Assembly: GCA_945867505.1 (NCBI GenBank)
Contig: CAMBIM010000002.1
Span: forward strand, 1 to 47,357
Length of the DNA stretch: 47,357 nt
Origin: Chitinophaga pinensis
GTDB lineage: Bacteria > Bacteroidota > Bacteroidia > Chitinophagales > LD1
Reading direction: 5' to 3'
Below are positions 1-9,211 of the stretch, one piece after another. A program made the translations under genes and the position numbers. Every line of letters begins with the position of its first letter. Positions within the stretch are counted from its first letter, which is position 1. Under the pieces are notes generated by a model. That model did not search any database, had not been told where the DNA came from, and saw nothing but the letters and a program-made list of their open reading frames with translations.

Positions 1-1
1 T

Positions 2-1213
2 AGCGATATAAAGAACCCTGAAGAGTTGTTGGTTATAGATTCTATCTATCATCCTACAGTTGGGGTAGAAGGTTATGGCAGACATTGTGTAGACGATAGT
101 TGCAACGCTAGTGTGTTTAAATATACCATGGGCAATGCGGTAATGATGGCTCCTTTTTATTTCATCGCACACTATGTTACGCTTGCCTCCAAAAGTTTTC
201 CGGCAGATGGCTATTCAGAACCCTATCAATTGGCCGTAGCTTTGTCCACTTGCTTTTGGGCAATAGCCAGCTTGGCAATTCTTATTTTACTACTTGGTAA
301 TTGGTTTACTCCGGCAGTTACAAGTATTACAACTTTGCTCATCGCTCTCGGCACTAATTATTTTTATTACGCTTCGCTGGAAAGCGGTATGACACACATT
401 CCAAGTTTTTTTTGCATAGCCTTATCTTTGTTAAGTATGTTGTTGTGGTTGGAGAAAAAATCATGGCTATACGCTTTTGTATTCGGTATCTCCACCGGCA
501 TGGTTGCCTTAATCCGTCTGCCTGATTTAGTGTTTGGTATTATTCCCGCTGTTCTGTTTATCAAAACATTTATTGATTCGGATAGAAGTAATCGTATTAC
601 GCTTTTAACGCAAGCCCTCTTTGCCATCTCACTTATTGTAATTGTTTTTCTACCGCAGATGATTTATTGGAAACATGTTTCGGGTAGTTGGTTTTACTAT
701 TCGTATGCCGATGAAAAATTCTATTTCAACGACCCGGAAATTTTAGCCGGATTATTCAGCTATAAAAAAGGGTGGCTGTTATATACTCCCGTCATGTTGT
801 TTGCCCTTGCAGGAATACTTTTGGCAATAAAGAAATTGCCTTGGTTGGGCTTAGGCGTATTACTTTTTATAGCAGTAAATATTTATGTGGTATTCAGCTG
901 GTGGATGTGGTGGTATGGTGGAAGTTTTGGTGCAAGAAGTATGATACAATCATATGCCGTGCTGGCAATTCCGTTAGCGTTTGTAGTGCAATGGCTGTGT
1001 GATAATGTTTCAGCCATAAACAAGAGGAAGAAAGCAATGGCAATCTCTCTTAGCTGTATTCTGCTGTTCTTCTTTACGCTTAACCTATTCCAAACATTCC
1101 AATATAAACGCGGCATTATTCATTACGATAGCATGACAGAAAAAGCATACTGGGCGGTATTTGGAAAGATTAAAGTTGATGGTGAAGAATGGCGGAAGAT
1201 TTATTCAGAATAA
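2..1213 (+). CDS. Polytopic membrane protein, GT-C/ArnT-PMT-like glycosyltransferase, C-terminal part (5' end lies outside the window)
   Basis: The frame is open from base 2, with no stop before the TTG at 26, so the gene is truncated by the window edge. It has about 10 hydrophobic helices with aromatic-rich loops. Family call by eye only. Confidence 0.5.
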   Translation, partial: SDIKNPEELLVIDSIYHPTVGVEGYGRHCVDDSCNASVFKYTMGNAVMMAPFYFIAHYVTLASKSFPADGYSEPYQLAVALSTCFWAIASLAILILLLGNWFTPAVTSITTLLIALGTNYFYYASLESGMTHIPSFFCIALSLLSMLLWLEKKSWLYAFVFGISTGMVALIRLPDLVFGIIPAVLFIKTFIDSDRSNRITLLTQALFAISLIVIVFLPQMIYWKHVSGSWFYYSYADEKFYFNDPEILAGLFSYKKGWLLYTPVMLFALAGILLAIKKLPWLGLGVLLFIAVNIYVVFSWWMWWYGGSFGARSMIQSYAVLAIPLAFVVQWLCDNVSAINKRKKAMAISLSCILLFFFTLNLFQTFQYKRGIIHYDSMTEKAYWAVFGKIKVDGEEWRKIYSE

Positions 1214-1225
1214 ATCTGCACCGCA

Positions 1226-4200
1226 TTAATTCAAACTTCTAAAATCTACCGGCACAACTCTTGAAACGCCTTGTTCTGCCATGGTAACACCGTAGATAGC
1301 TTCTACAGAACTCATGGTCATTTTGTTGTGCGTTACAATAATGAACTGCGATTCTTTAGAGAACTCGCTGATGATTTTGTTGAACTTGCCAATATTGGCG
1401 TCATCCAATGGTGCATCCACCTCATCGAAAATACAGAACGGTGCGGGTTTTAGTAAGTAAAGCGAGAAGAGCAAGGCTGTTGCCGTCAACGTTTTTTCAC
1501 CACCTGATAACTGGTCTATAACCGTAGGGCGTTTGCCTTTTGGTTTAGCTATGATTTCGATTTTAGATTCCAACGGGTCGTCAGGATTTACCAGGAACAA
1601 ATCGCATTGGTCATCGGAACTAAAGAGAGTTTGGAATACTTTAATAAAGCTTTCTCTGATTTTGGTGAACGCTTCAACAAACTGTGTTTTAGCCGTGTCT
1701 TCAATTTCTTTAATGGTAGCCATCAAAGAACTCTTCGCATTTTCTAAATCGGTTTTTTGAACAATGATAAAGTCGTAACGCTTTTTCATTTCTTCAAAAG
1801 CCTCTAACGCCATCGGGTTTATCTCGCCAAAGTTCTCTATGCGCTTCTTCACCTTTTCTACTTCTGCCTGCACTTCTTCCAGCGGCTGAACCATTTCAAA
1901 ATCTTCATTCAATACCACGTTAATGTCTACATTAAACTCTACGCTCAATCTTTCTTTCATGGAAGTTAAAGACAACTTCAACTCATTGAACTTATCGCTG
2001 ATATTGGTGAGCAAGTTGGCTACGCTATCGCGGTTGCGGGTAAGTTCGCGCACCTTGGTATCGTATTCGTTAATAGCTCCGCGCGAATTGTAGTAGCCTT
2101 TTTCTGCGGCTTCTACTTCGGCAGCATAACTTTCTTTATCGGCATAGTTGCTGAGCAAAGCGGTTTCAATGTCTTTTGCCTTCTTCTGACTTTCCTCTAA
2201 CTGCATCTGGCTTTCCAGAATCACTTCATTGTTTCTGGTCAACTGACTCGTCAACGTTTCAATCTGGCTTTTCTTAAAGCCTAATTCCTGACTGATAGAG
2301 TTTACGCGGTTCTGTTGTTGGTGGAATTCGATGTTCTTTTGGTTGTAGCGCGATGATGCTTCGCTTAACTTGTTGGTCAACTCTACAAACTCTTTATCTG
2401 TTTTTTCAAGGATGGCTTTTGCCGAACCTTGAGTTTCGCGCAAAGAACTTAACTCGGTATTGATAGTTTCTACTTCCGTCTTTAACGTATCTAAACGCTG
2501 TGTAATCGTCTTGCTCTTTTCATCGGCACTTTCTAAAAACTTCACTAAGCTATTAATGCTGGCTTGCGAACCCGAGAACTTAGAGGCCAACTGATTTACC
2601 AGGTTGCGTTGCGCATCAATATCGCGCGCTACACTGCTTGCCTTCAGCTGATTAGTTTTTACCTGCGCGTTAGAAACCTGTTGGTGCAATTTGTAAGTAG
2701 AAAGTTCTAATGCTTTTATTTCTTCCTGTAGCTTTTCAAGGTTCTTTGCACGACCAATTTTCTTTCCTTCAAACAAACCAACAGCACCACCACTCAAAGC
2801 AAAATCTCTACGGATAAACTTACCGCTCTTGGCAAGCACTACTACTTTCTTTCCTTGTGTGTCAAGATTAGTTGCATCAAAGCCCGCATCGTCAATCATG
2901 TAAACTTTATCGAGCAGATAAGCACCAAGCTTTTTGTATTGCGCATCTAACTCTACTAATTCCTGCACAGGTTTTGTTCCGGCTATTTCAACAGCAGAAG
3001 TTGGCTCATACTTTTCAAATTCATCCAGAATGAAAAAATTCGCGCGACCCATCGAAGAATCGTTCAGCATGTTTACCGCCATTACCGCTTCCTGAATGTT
3101 TTGCACCACGTAGTAGTTCAAATACGGTTCCAGGTAATTTTCAATCGCCACGCGGTATTCTTCGGCACAGTAAATAATATCGGAAAGGAGAGGCGCCTCT
3201 TTGCTCCACTTCGCATTCTTCTTCAAAAACTTGATAGACTCCGGAAAGCCTTCCAGGTTCTCTACCAAACTCTTGGTTAAATCGTATTCGTTCTTCTTGG
3301 CATCCAGTGTTCTGGTTTCGGCAGTTAACTCCTGGCGGGTTTTTTCTACCGAAGTTTCCAGCTCTGCAATTTCTTTCTTCTTGTTTTCTTCTTCGGCTAT
3401 CAGCGATTGCAGTTTTACTTCCGCAGTTTCTTTATCAGTCTTCAGCTTTTCGAAATCTTTTTGCAGTTGCTCTAACTCCAGGCGTTTCTTCTGCACATCT
3501 TCATCGCTGTTCAGTAAATCGCGCTGCAAACTTTCGTTGCTGCTGCGGTTAACCGCCAGCTTTTTATCCAGTTCAAATATCTGGCGTTCTTTTTCGGTGT
3601 AAGTTTTCTGCTCGTTGGTCAGCGTATCTTTTAAACCATTGTGTTGACTGCGTATTTCGTTCAGCTCGGTTTCCAACACCGTCAGTTCGCTTTTGCGGGC
3701 ATCTAAAATGCGGGCTTCGCTTTCGTGGTCTATGCTTAGTTTTTCTATAGATAACTTCAACTTCTCTACCGAGTCGCTGGCTTCTAATATTTGCTTTTCC
3801 GCAGTATCTTTTTTGTCGAGGGCGTATTTTGTTTGTGAGTTGAGGAGGTTGCGCTCGTTTTCTTTTTCGCCTACACCGGCTACTAAAATGTTGAGCTTAC
3901 GCTGCACATCGAACAATGCCTTTTCTTTGTCCACGTTGCCCAGTTTCTCTTTCTCCAACGTAGCTTCGGCATGGGCCATGGAGGCTTCCAACTCAAACTT
4001 ATTATCGGTTTCTTTTGTTCTTGCTTCTTCTAAGTTCTTGTAGGTTTCTTTATAGGCCTGTAAGTTATACCGAGTTAAAAGAAGGCTCAACTGCTTGTAT
4101 TCTTCTTTAAGTTCGTAGTAACGCTTGGTCTTTTTAGCCTGCGCTTCCAGGGTTTTTAAGTTGCCTTCAATTTCAAAAAGCAAATCTTTAACGCGGTCCA

Positions 4201-4762
4201 AATCGGCATCGGTGCCTTTTAGTTTATCAATGGTTTCTTTCTTGCGCTTTTTGTATTTGGCTACACCGGCAGCCTGCTCAAACAGTTTACGTCTGCTGTT
4301 ATCGCGGTCGTTCAGAATTTCGTCCATCATCCCCAATTCGATAATGGCATAGCTATCGGCACTAACCCCGGTATCCATAAACAGCGAGGTAATATCCTTT
4401 AAGCGGCAAGGCACATCGTTCAGGCGGTATTCGCTTTCGCCATCGCGGAACAGCCTGCGGGTAATGGTGATGGTTTTATAATCGGACGAAACTAAATTCT
4501 TGGTGTTTTCGAACGTGAGCGAGACCTCTGCCATGCCCGCAGGTTTGCGGTTTTTGGTGCCGTTGAAAATCAGGTTCTCCATCTTCTCTAACCGCAAGTG
4601 GCTGGTCTTTTGCTCGCCCAATACCCAGCGGATACTATCTACCACGTTGCTTTTGCCGCAACCGTTAGGGCCTACTACTCCAGTAATTTTATTATCGAAG
4701 TGGATAGTGGTTTTTTCGGCAAAGCTTTTAAAGCCTTTAATTTCGAGGGTTGTTAATTGCAT
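1226..4762 (-). CDS. smc: Chromosome segregation protein SMC
   Basis: N-terminal MQLTTLEIKGFKSF...GPNGCGKSN (Walker A), long heptad-rich coiled coils around a central hinge, and C-terminal LSGGEKTLTATALLFSL signature plus FCIFDEVDAPLDD (Walker B). The ATG at 4762 (Met27 of the listed ORF) gives the canonical SMC N-terminus. Confidence 0.95.
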   Translation of the reverse strand: MQLTTLEIKGFKSFAEKTTIHFDNKITGVVGPNGCGKSNVVDSIRWVLGEQKTSHLRLEKMENLIFNGTKNRKPAGMAEVSLTFENTKNLVSSDYKTITITRRLFRDGESEYRLNDVPCRLKDITSLFMDTGVSADSYAIIELGMMDEILNDRDNSRRKLFEQAAGVAKYKKRKKETIDKLKGTDADLDRVKDLLFEIEGNLKTLEAQAKKTKRYYELKEEYKQLSLLLTRYNLQAYKETYKNLEEARTKETDNKFELEASMAHAEATLEKEKLGNVDKEKALFDVQRKLNILVAGVGEKENERNLLNSQTKYALDKKDTAEKQILEASDSVEKLKLSIEKLSIDHESEARILDARKSELTVLETELNEIRSQHNGLKDTLTNEQKTYTEKERQIFELDKKLAVNRSSNESLQRDLLNSDEDVQKKRLELEQLQKDFEKLKTDKETAEVKLQSLIAEEENKKKEIAELETSVEKTRQELTAETRTLDAKKNEYDLTKSLVENLEGFPESIKFLKKNAKWSKEAPLLSDIIYCAEEYRVAIENYLEPYLNYYVVQNIQEAVMAVNMLNDSSMGRANFFILDEFEKYEPTSAVEIAGTKPVQELVELDAQYKKLGAYLLDKVYMIDDAGFDATNLDTQGKKVVVLAKSGKFIRRDFALSGGAVGLFEGKKIGRAKNLEKLQEEIKALELSTYKLHQQVSNAQVKTNQLKASSVARDIDAQRNLVNQLASKFSGSQASINSLVKFLESADEKSKTITQRLDTLKTEVETINTELSSLRETQGSAKAILEKTDKEFVELTNKLSEASSRYNQKNIEFHQQQNRVNSISQELGFKKSQIETLTSQLTRNNEVILESQMQLEESQKKAKDIETALLSNYADKESYAAEVEAAEKGYYNSRGAINEYDTKVRELTRNRDSVANLLTNISDKFNELKLSLTSMKERLSVEFNVDINVVLNEDFEMVQPLEEVQAEVEKVKKRIENFGEINPMALEAFEEMKKRYDFIIVQKTDLENAKSSLMATIKEIEDTAKTQFVEAFTKIRESFIKVFQTLFSSDDQCDLFLVNPDDPLESKIEIIAKPKGKRPTVIDQLSGGEKTLTATALLFSLYLLKPAPFCIFDEVDAPLDDANIGKFNKIISEFSKESQFIIVTHNKMTMSSVEAIYGVTMAEQGVSRVVPVDFRSLN

Positions 4763-4900
4763 AAGGTGTCCATGTTTATCTCTGTAAAAAGGGGTGGTGA
4801 AAATAGAAAAACAGAGTGGGCAAAAACGGAAAGAAACCAACAGCTATCCACACTGTATCCACAAAATTTGGGCTGAAATTAGGTAAGAAAACGGGCGAAT

Positions 4901-4933
4901 AACCCCGAAAGGGTTTCAACCCCTTTCGGGGTT
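4901..4933. terminator. GC-rich hairpin in the smc upstream / Spy-like downstream spacer
   Basis: aaccccgaaaggg / ccctttcggggtt, 13-bp perfect inverted repeat with a 7-nt loop. Confidence 0.5.
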
Positions 4934-4975
4934 TGGCAATGGGCTCTCTATATCGGGTACTTGGTTATCGTTTTA

Positions 4976-5015
4976 AAAACAGAAGCCCCGTATTTTTGCG
5001 GGGCTTCTGTTTTTG
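4976..5015. terminator. Bidirectional intrinsic terminator
   Basis: aaaaacagaagccccg-tatttttg-cggggcttctgttttt. The 11-bp stem is flanked by an A-run and a T-run. It lies directly downstream of the minus-strand gene that ends at 5057. Confidence 0.75.
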
Positions 5016-5056
5016 TGTTCTAGAGCCGCTTCTGTTGCCAATCCACTATATAATAA

Positions 5057-5515
5057 CTACCTCCTTGGCGGTCTTGGTCCCATCATTCGCAAAGCTTCGC
5101 CAATAATTTCATCAAATTTTTTTTGCTGCTCGGCATTGCAGATGGCGCGTATCTTTTTGAAATCGTAAAAGGTAGTCAACTCCGTTTGTAGCCGGTTAGC
5201 GGCAATAGAATCGGCTAAGATTTTTACCGTCACCGAGTCGGTGGCTTCGCCTTGCATCAGCTTAACATAAGGATCGTGCAAATGGCGGTCTTGCGTATGG
5301 ATAGCTTCCATATTGGCTCGGTGTTCTTCCTGCAAGGTTTCGTATTGTGCTTGTTGTTGTTCGTTCAACTGTAATTGCTGGGTCAACCATACCGAAACCT
5401 GACGCGGGTTGTTGGGTTTGCCGCCTTTGTTTAAAAACACAAACGCCAGCGTTCCTATATTCATGAGCACCAGGGCTATGATAACGGCATAAAGAAATTT
5501 GGTTTTGTTGGTCAT
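5057..5515 (-). CDS. Periplasmic Spy/CpxP-like (LTXXQ-type) stress protein, third gene of the ECF sigma operon
   Basis: N-terminal membrane anchor/signal (FLYAVIIALVLMNIGTLAFVF), then a Q/E-rich helical region (LQLNEQQQAQYETLQEEHR) resembling the LTXXQ family. It lies 6 nt downstream of the putative anti-sigma gene. Confidence 0.55.
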   Translation of the reverse strand: MTNKTKFLYAVIIALVLMNIGTLAFVFLNKGGKPNNPRQVSVWLTQQLQLNEQQQAQYETLQEEHRANMEAIHTQDRHLHDPYVKLMQGEATDSVTVKILADSIAANRLQTELTTFYDFKKIRAICNAEQQKKFDEIIGEALRMMGPRPPRR

Positions 5516-5521
5516 AGTCTC

Positions 5522-5812
5522 TTAAAAATTATCGCTGCTGTTATGCAGCGCGTATTCTTTGGCAAAGGCTTGCAATTGTTCGCTGCCGCCATTGCTTTTA
5601 TTGTTCGAAAATGAAACACAGGCAAATACATTTAAAGTAATCAGCACCAACAGCGCAGCGGCAATCTGCAAAACATAAGTAGTAGAAACTGCGGCTTCTG
5701 CATTTATTCTGCTCATGGTTTTTGCATAAAAGCCCGCACCGGCTTTAGCGCGCTCAATAGTATCGGCACTGGCTAAAACTTCTTCTGCCCATAATTCCCT
5801 TTCATGGTTCAT
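5522..5812 (-). CDS. Small single-pass membrane protein, putative anti-sigma factor
   Basis: Position immediately downstream of the ECF sigma gene. One TM helix (IAAALLVLITLNVFACVSF). No recognisable zinc-binding anti-sigma (ZAS) motif. Confidence 0.5.
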   Translation of the reverse strand: MNHERELWAEEVLASADTIERAKAGAGFYAKTMSRINAEAAVSTTYVLQIAAALLVLITLNVFACVSFSNNKSNGGSEQLQAFAKEYALHNSSDNF

Positions 5813-5850
5813 ATATAATTTAGATGCTTTTGGGTTTAAAAACTTGCGGC

Positions 5851-6432
5851 TTATTGTATTTCATTTTCCTCATAATAGTCCATCAATATCTTCTTCAAAT
5901 TCTGCTTAGCACGAAATAGCAGCGACTCCACAGCCGAAACCGACATACCGGTTATCTCACTCACTTCCTGATAGCTCAGGCATTCAATTTTATTCAGCGT
6001 AAAAGCTATGCGTTGGTTTTCGGGCAGCTCTTCAATAGCTTTAAACAGATAAGCAGCGCGCTCTTTGTTTTCTAACTGCACACCGGGGTGCACATAATCA
6101 GGAATTTCAAAGCGCGGTCCGTTATCGCCTTCACCAAAAATGCTTTTTACAAACGCAAAACGTTTCTTGCGTTTCTTGCCGCGCAAATGGTCGAGCGATT
6201 TGGTGACGCAAATGCGGTAAATCCAGGTAGAGAGTTTGGACTCTGCTTTAAAACTTTGCACGGCCCGGTGCACCTCTACAAAAACTTCCTGCGCAATATC
6301 TTCGGCATCTTCGGCATTGTGCAGCACACCCAAACAGGTATTGTAAACTCTATCCTGATAGTTTTCTACCAAGTAGCCGAACGCTTTTTCGTTTCCTTCT
6401 CGCAACTGTAATATGAGCAACTGTTCGGTCAA
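5851..6432 (-). CDS. RNA polymerase ECF-type sigma-70 factor
   Basis: Region 2 (YQDRVYNTCLGVLHNAEDAEDIAQEVFVEV...STWIYRICV) and region 4 HTH (LPENQRIAFTLNKIECLSYQEVSEITGMSVSAVESLLFRAKQNL). The start codon in the ORF track is TTG. Confidence 0.9.
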   Translation of the reverse strand: MTEQLLILQLREGNEKAFGYLVENYQDRVYNTCLGVLHNAEDAEDIAQEVFVEVHRAVQSFKAESKLSTWIYRICVTKSLDHLRGKKRKKRFAFVKSIFGEGDNGPRFEIPDYVHPGVQLENKERAAYLFKAIEELPENQRIAFTLNKIECLSYQEVSEITGMSVSAVESLLFRAKQNLKKILMDYYEENEIQ

Positions 6433-6694
6433 AGTGGTTGCATGTTTTGTAAAAAAAGCTAAGCCTATGCCATCTGATAAGCGTTACAATAAAGCGCAAA
6501 AAAGTTATAAGATTCTATTTTATTTTCTCGCAGACTACAAGGGCTGCACGGAAATATAGTTTGTATTTGTCTATGTTTTCTGTGCTGTTTTTAGAAAATA
6601 GATTTCAATTTTAAACTCACCGAAAGTTTTAGGAACAAGTGTCGTCTAATAAACCATTAATGAGGAAACTCAAATTTTTTTAAATCAAAATAAT

Positions 6695-7936
6695 ATGAAG
6701 AAAAATTCTCTGACCATCATTTTTGCAGTTTTGCTTTTTGCTTGTTTGCAAATAACCGCGCAAGTTACCGACCCTGCTGTTACTTCATGGATTATTAATG
6801 TAAATAACGCTACTGGTTATAATGGACTAACGGCAAACGTTCAGCAGGTGAACTATACCGCTACAGATGTATATGTAAGCTGCACTTGCATTCCGGGTTA
6901 CGATATTGGCCCTTGGGTGGGCAACCCCAATACACCAGTCAATGAAAATTTCTGTTTTAAAATTACTCGTGCACCGCAGCCTAAAACCGGCACCAAAACC
7001 GCCACCGGTGGCGGGCATATAGGTGTTTGGACCAACGGTGTAAGCATTTTTAATGCAAAAGATGCTATGTCATATAATAATGGCGGTATCTGGAATCAGG
7101 ATGCTTTGCCAAATGAAGGAGCTAGCTTTGATAATTGTTTGGGTCATCCTGCGCCCAATGGCGAATATCACCACCACGTAAACCCAACTTGTTTGTACGA
7201 TGACCAGGCAACCACAGTTCATTCACCAATTATTGGTTTCGCTTTTGACGGGTTTCCTATTTACGGAGCCTATGCTTTTGCTGATACTAACGGTACCGGT
7301 GGTATTACCCGAATCAAAACAAGTTACCGAATACGCACCATTACCGACCGCACCACGCTTGCCGATGGCACAGTTTTGCAGGCTAATCAGTACGGGCCGG
7401 CAATTAGTTTGCAATATGCATTAGGAAAATACATTGAAGATTATGAGTATGTGCAAGGCTTGGGACATTTAGACCAATACAACGGGCGCGTTTGTGTAAC
7501 CCCTGAATATCCGCTTGGCACATACGCTTACTTTGTAACTATTGATAGCAATCAGGTTCCTGTTTATCCATACACTATTGGTGCTTCGTATAATGGCGTA
7601 GTTGCTGCCGGAAACACTGGTATGCAATCTGGCCATAATACTATACCCGGAAATGCAGCTTTATACACTGCACCAACTACCGGTATAAATGAAACTACTG
7701 ATGAACTTGCAGTGAATGTTTTTCCTAACCCAGCGAAGAATAAAATTTCTATTCAGGCACAACAGCAATTGACGGACGTTGCGCTTACAGATATAACAGG
7801 GAGAGAAGTAGTGAGGATTAATAATATTTCTTCATCCAATTCAACTATTGATGTTTCGGGTTTAAGTGCCGGAACTTATTTACTACGTGCAAAAAATAAC
7901 CGCAACAATTTTGTAACTAAAGTAGTAGTGGAGTAA
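6695..7936 (+). CDS. Secreted YHYH-domain protein with T9SS C-terminal sorting domain
   Basis: Signal peptide, GHPAPNGEYHHHVNP...GFAFDGFPIYG (YHYH family signature), and a C-terminal ~80 aa VFPNPAKNKISIQ...GTYLLRAKN...KVVVE typical of a T9SS type A CTD. Confidence 0.8.
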   Translation: MKKNSLTIIFAVLLFACLQITAQVTDPAVTSWIINVNNATGYNGLTANVQQVNYTATDVYVSCTCIPGYDIGPWVGNPNTPVNENFCFKITRAPQPKTGTKTATGGGHIGVWTNGVSIFNAKDAMSYNNGGIWNQDALPNEGASFDNCLGHPAPNGEYHHHVNPTCLYDDQATTVHSPIIGFAFDGFPIYGAYAFADTNGTGGITRIKTSYRIRTITDRTTLADGTVLQANQYGPAISLQYALGKYIEDYEYVQGLGHLDQYNGRVCVTPEYPLGTYAYFVTIDSNQVPVYPYTIGASYNGVVAAGNTGMQSGHNTIPGNAALYTAPTTGINETTDELAVNVFPNPAKNKISIQAQQQLTDVALTDITGREVVRINNISSSNSTIDVSGLSAGTYLLRAKNNRNNFVTKVVVE

Positions 7937-7993
7937 TTGCTAAACTTTTCTGCGCAACTGAAATTTCTATTTTCGTTTTGATTTAAAACGCAT

Positions 7994-8065
7994 GGCTGCG
8001 TAGTTCAACGGATAGAACGAGGGTTTCCTAAACTCTAAATAGCAGTTCGATTCTGCTCGTGGCTA
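7994..8065 (+). tRNA. tRNA-Arg (anticodon CCT)
   Basis: Hand-folded cloverleaf: acceptor GGCTGCG/CGTGGCT, D arm GTTC-AACGGATA-GAAC, anticodon arm AGGGT-TTCCTAA-ACTCT, variable AAAT, T arm AGCAG-TTCGATT-CTGCT, discriminator A, no encoded CCA. A T-run follows. Confidence 0.75.
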
Positions 8066-8089
8066 CGATTTTTTGAAAAGTTTGTCCTA

Positions 8090-9211
8090 TCAAACTATAG
8101 AAGCTACCACTTCTTCCGCCAAGCCAAAACTCAGAGTCATACCGGCACCGCTTAAGCCGTTAATGATGTGAATGTCCTTTTCAGGTGAAGCCACAAATTC
8201 CGTTTTGCCTTTAAGTTTTGCGTAGGTGCCATTCCATGTTTGGGCAATTTCAAAATCCTGAATTTGTGTAAATGAATGTAGGTAATGAATGATGAGTTGG
8301 TTGATTTCATCTCTATCAAAAGGCTCATGCACTAAACCGTATTCGTGCGAATCGCCAATTGTAATTTCGCTCAACCCATTTTGCGAAATCATTACATGTA
8401 TTCCCCATTTAATGTAATCGGGAAGTTCGCGGTTGTAACGTTCTTGCAATGTTTGAAGCGAAGGGCAATCGGCAAATGCTCCATAATGTGTAAGTGTTAA
8501 TCCTGCGCTCAATGCGGGACCAATTTGCCAATTATTATCCTGCGCTACTGTACGCAGCATTTGTAATTTGCATTTGGTAATTCCGCTGGCGATGAATGTT
8601 TCTGGATACAGCGTTTCGAAATCGGCACCGCTACAAACAAAAATCATATCGGCTTCGAACATTTCTTTTCCGCTGTATGCTTTTCCGTTTTCAATTCGTG
8701 AAATAGCTTTGTTAAAATGAAACTGGATGCCGTATTTTTTATTCAGATAAGCAGGAAGTTTTTCAATGGCTTCACGCGGGTCAACAATCAGTTCAGTGGA
8801 ACTCCACAAACTTGCTTTAAGTTTCTTAGGATTTGTTGCCTGAGATTTTGCAACAGTTTCTTCGGCTGTAAGAATTTTGCAGTCGTGCAAATCTTTATTA
8901 GCAGCATAAAATTCTTCTATCACCGCTAATTCATCATCGTGATAAACGTTGAGCAATGAACCCACTTCGCCAAACCAAATATTACCTTCTGCACAACTTT
9001 GTTTCCAAATTTCTCTCGAGCGCAAAGCGCGTTCGCGCAACTTACCAAGCGGCTGACCCATAGGCCAGACCATTCCGAAATTGCGAATGCTTGCACCAAC
9101 AGCTTTTTCATTACGTTCAATAACTTTAACCGTAAAACCTTTTTCTGCCAACGCGCGTGCGGTCGCCAAACCAACAATTCCTGCACCTATAACAATAGCC
9201 GATTTACTCAT
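8090..9211 (-). CDS. FAD-dependent oxidoreductase of the phosphonate-associated clade (TIGR03364-like)
   Basis: N-terminal Rossmann motif AIVIGAGIVGLATARALAEKG, DAO-family length (373 aa). Start overlaps the stop of the upstream permease by 8 nt. Sits with a phosphonatase-like HAD gene. Confidence 0.8.
   Translation of the reverse strand: MSKSAIVIGAGIVGLATARALAEKGFTVKVIERNEKAVGASIRNFGMVWPMGQPLGKLRERALRSREIWKQSCAEGNIWFGEVGSLLNVYHDDELAVIEEFYAANKDLHDCKILTAEETVAKSQATNPKKLKASLWSSTELIVDPREAIEKLPAYLNKKYGIQFHFNKAISRIENGKAYSGKEMFEADMIFVCSGADFETLYPETFIASGITKCKLQMLRTVAQDNNWQIGPALSAGLTLTHYGAFADCPSLQTLQERYNRELPDYIKWGIHVMISQNGLSEITIGDSHEYGLVHEPFDRDEINQLIIHYLHSFTQIQDFEIAQTWNGTYAKLKGKTEFVASPEKDIHIINGLSGAGMTLSFGLAEEVVASIV

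Noticed and set aside
3201-4787. Several 75-133-aa plus-strand ORFs inside the smc gene (for example 3201..3602, 3693..4043, 4500..4787).
   Set aside because: They lie entirely antisense to a well-supported 1178-aa SMC gene. Their Ser/Phe/Leu-rich, low-complexity translations are the mirror image of the Glu/Lys/Leu-rich coiled coil.
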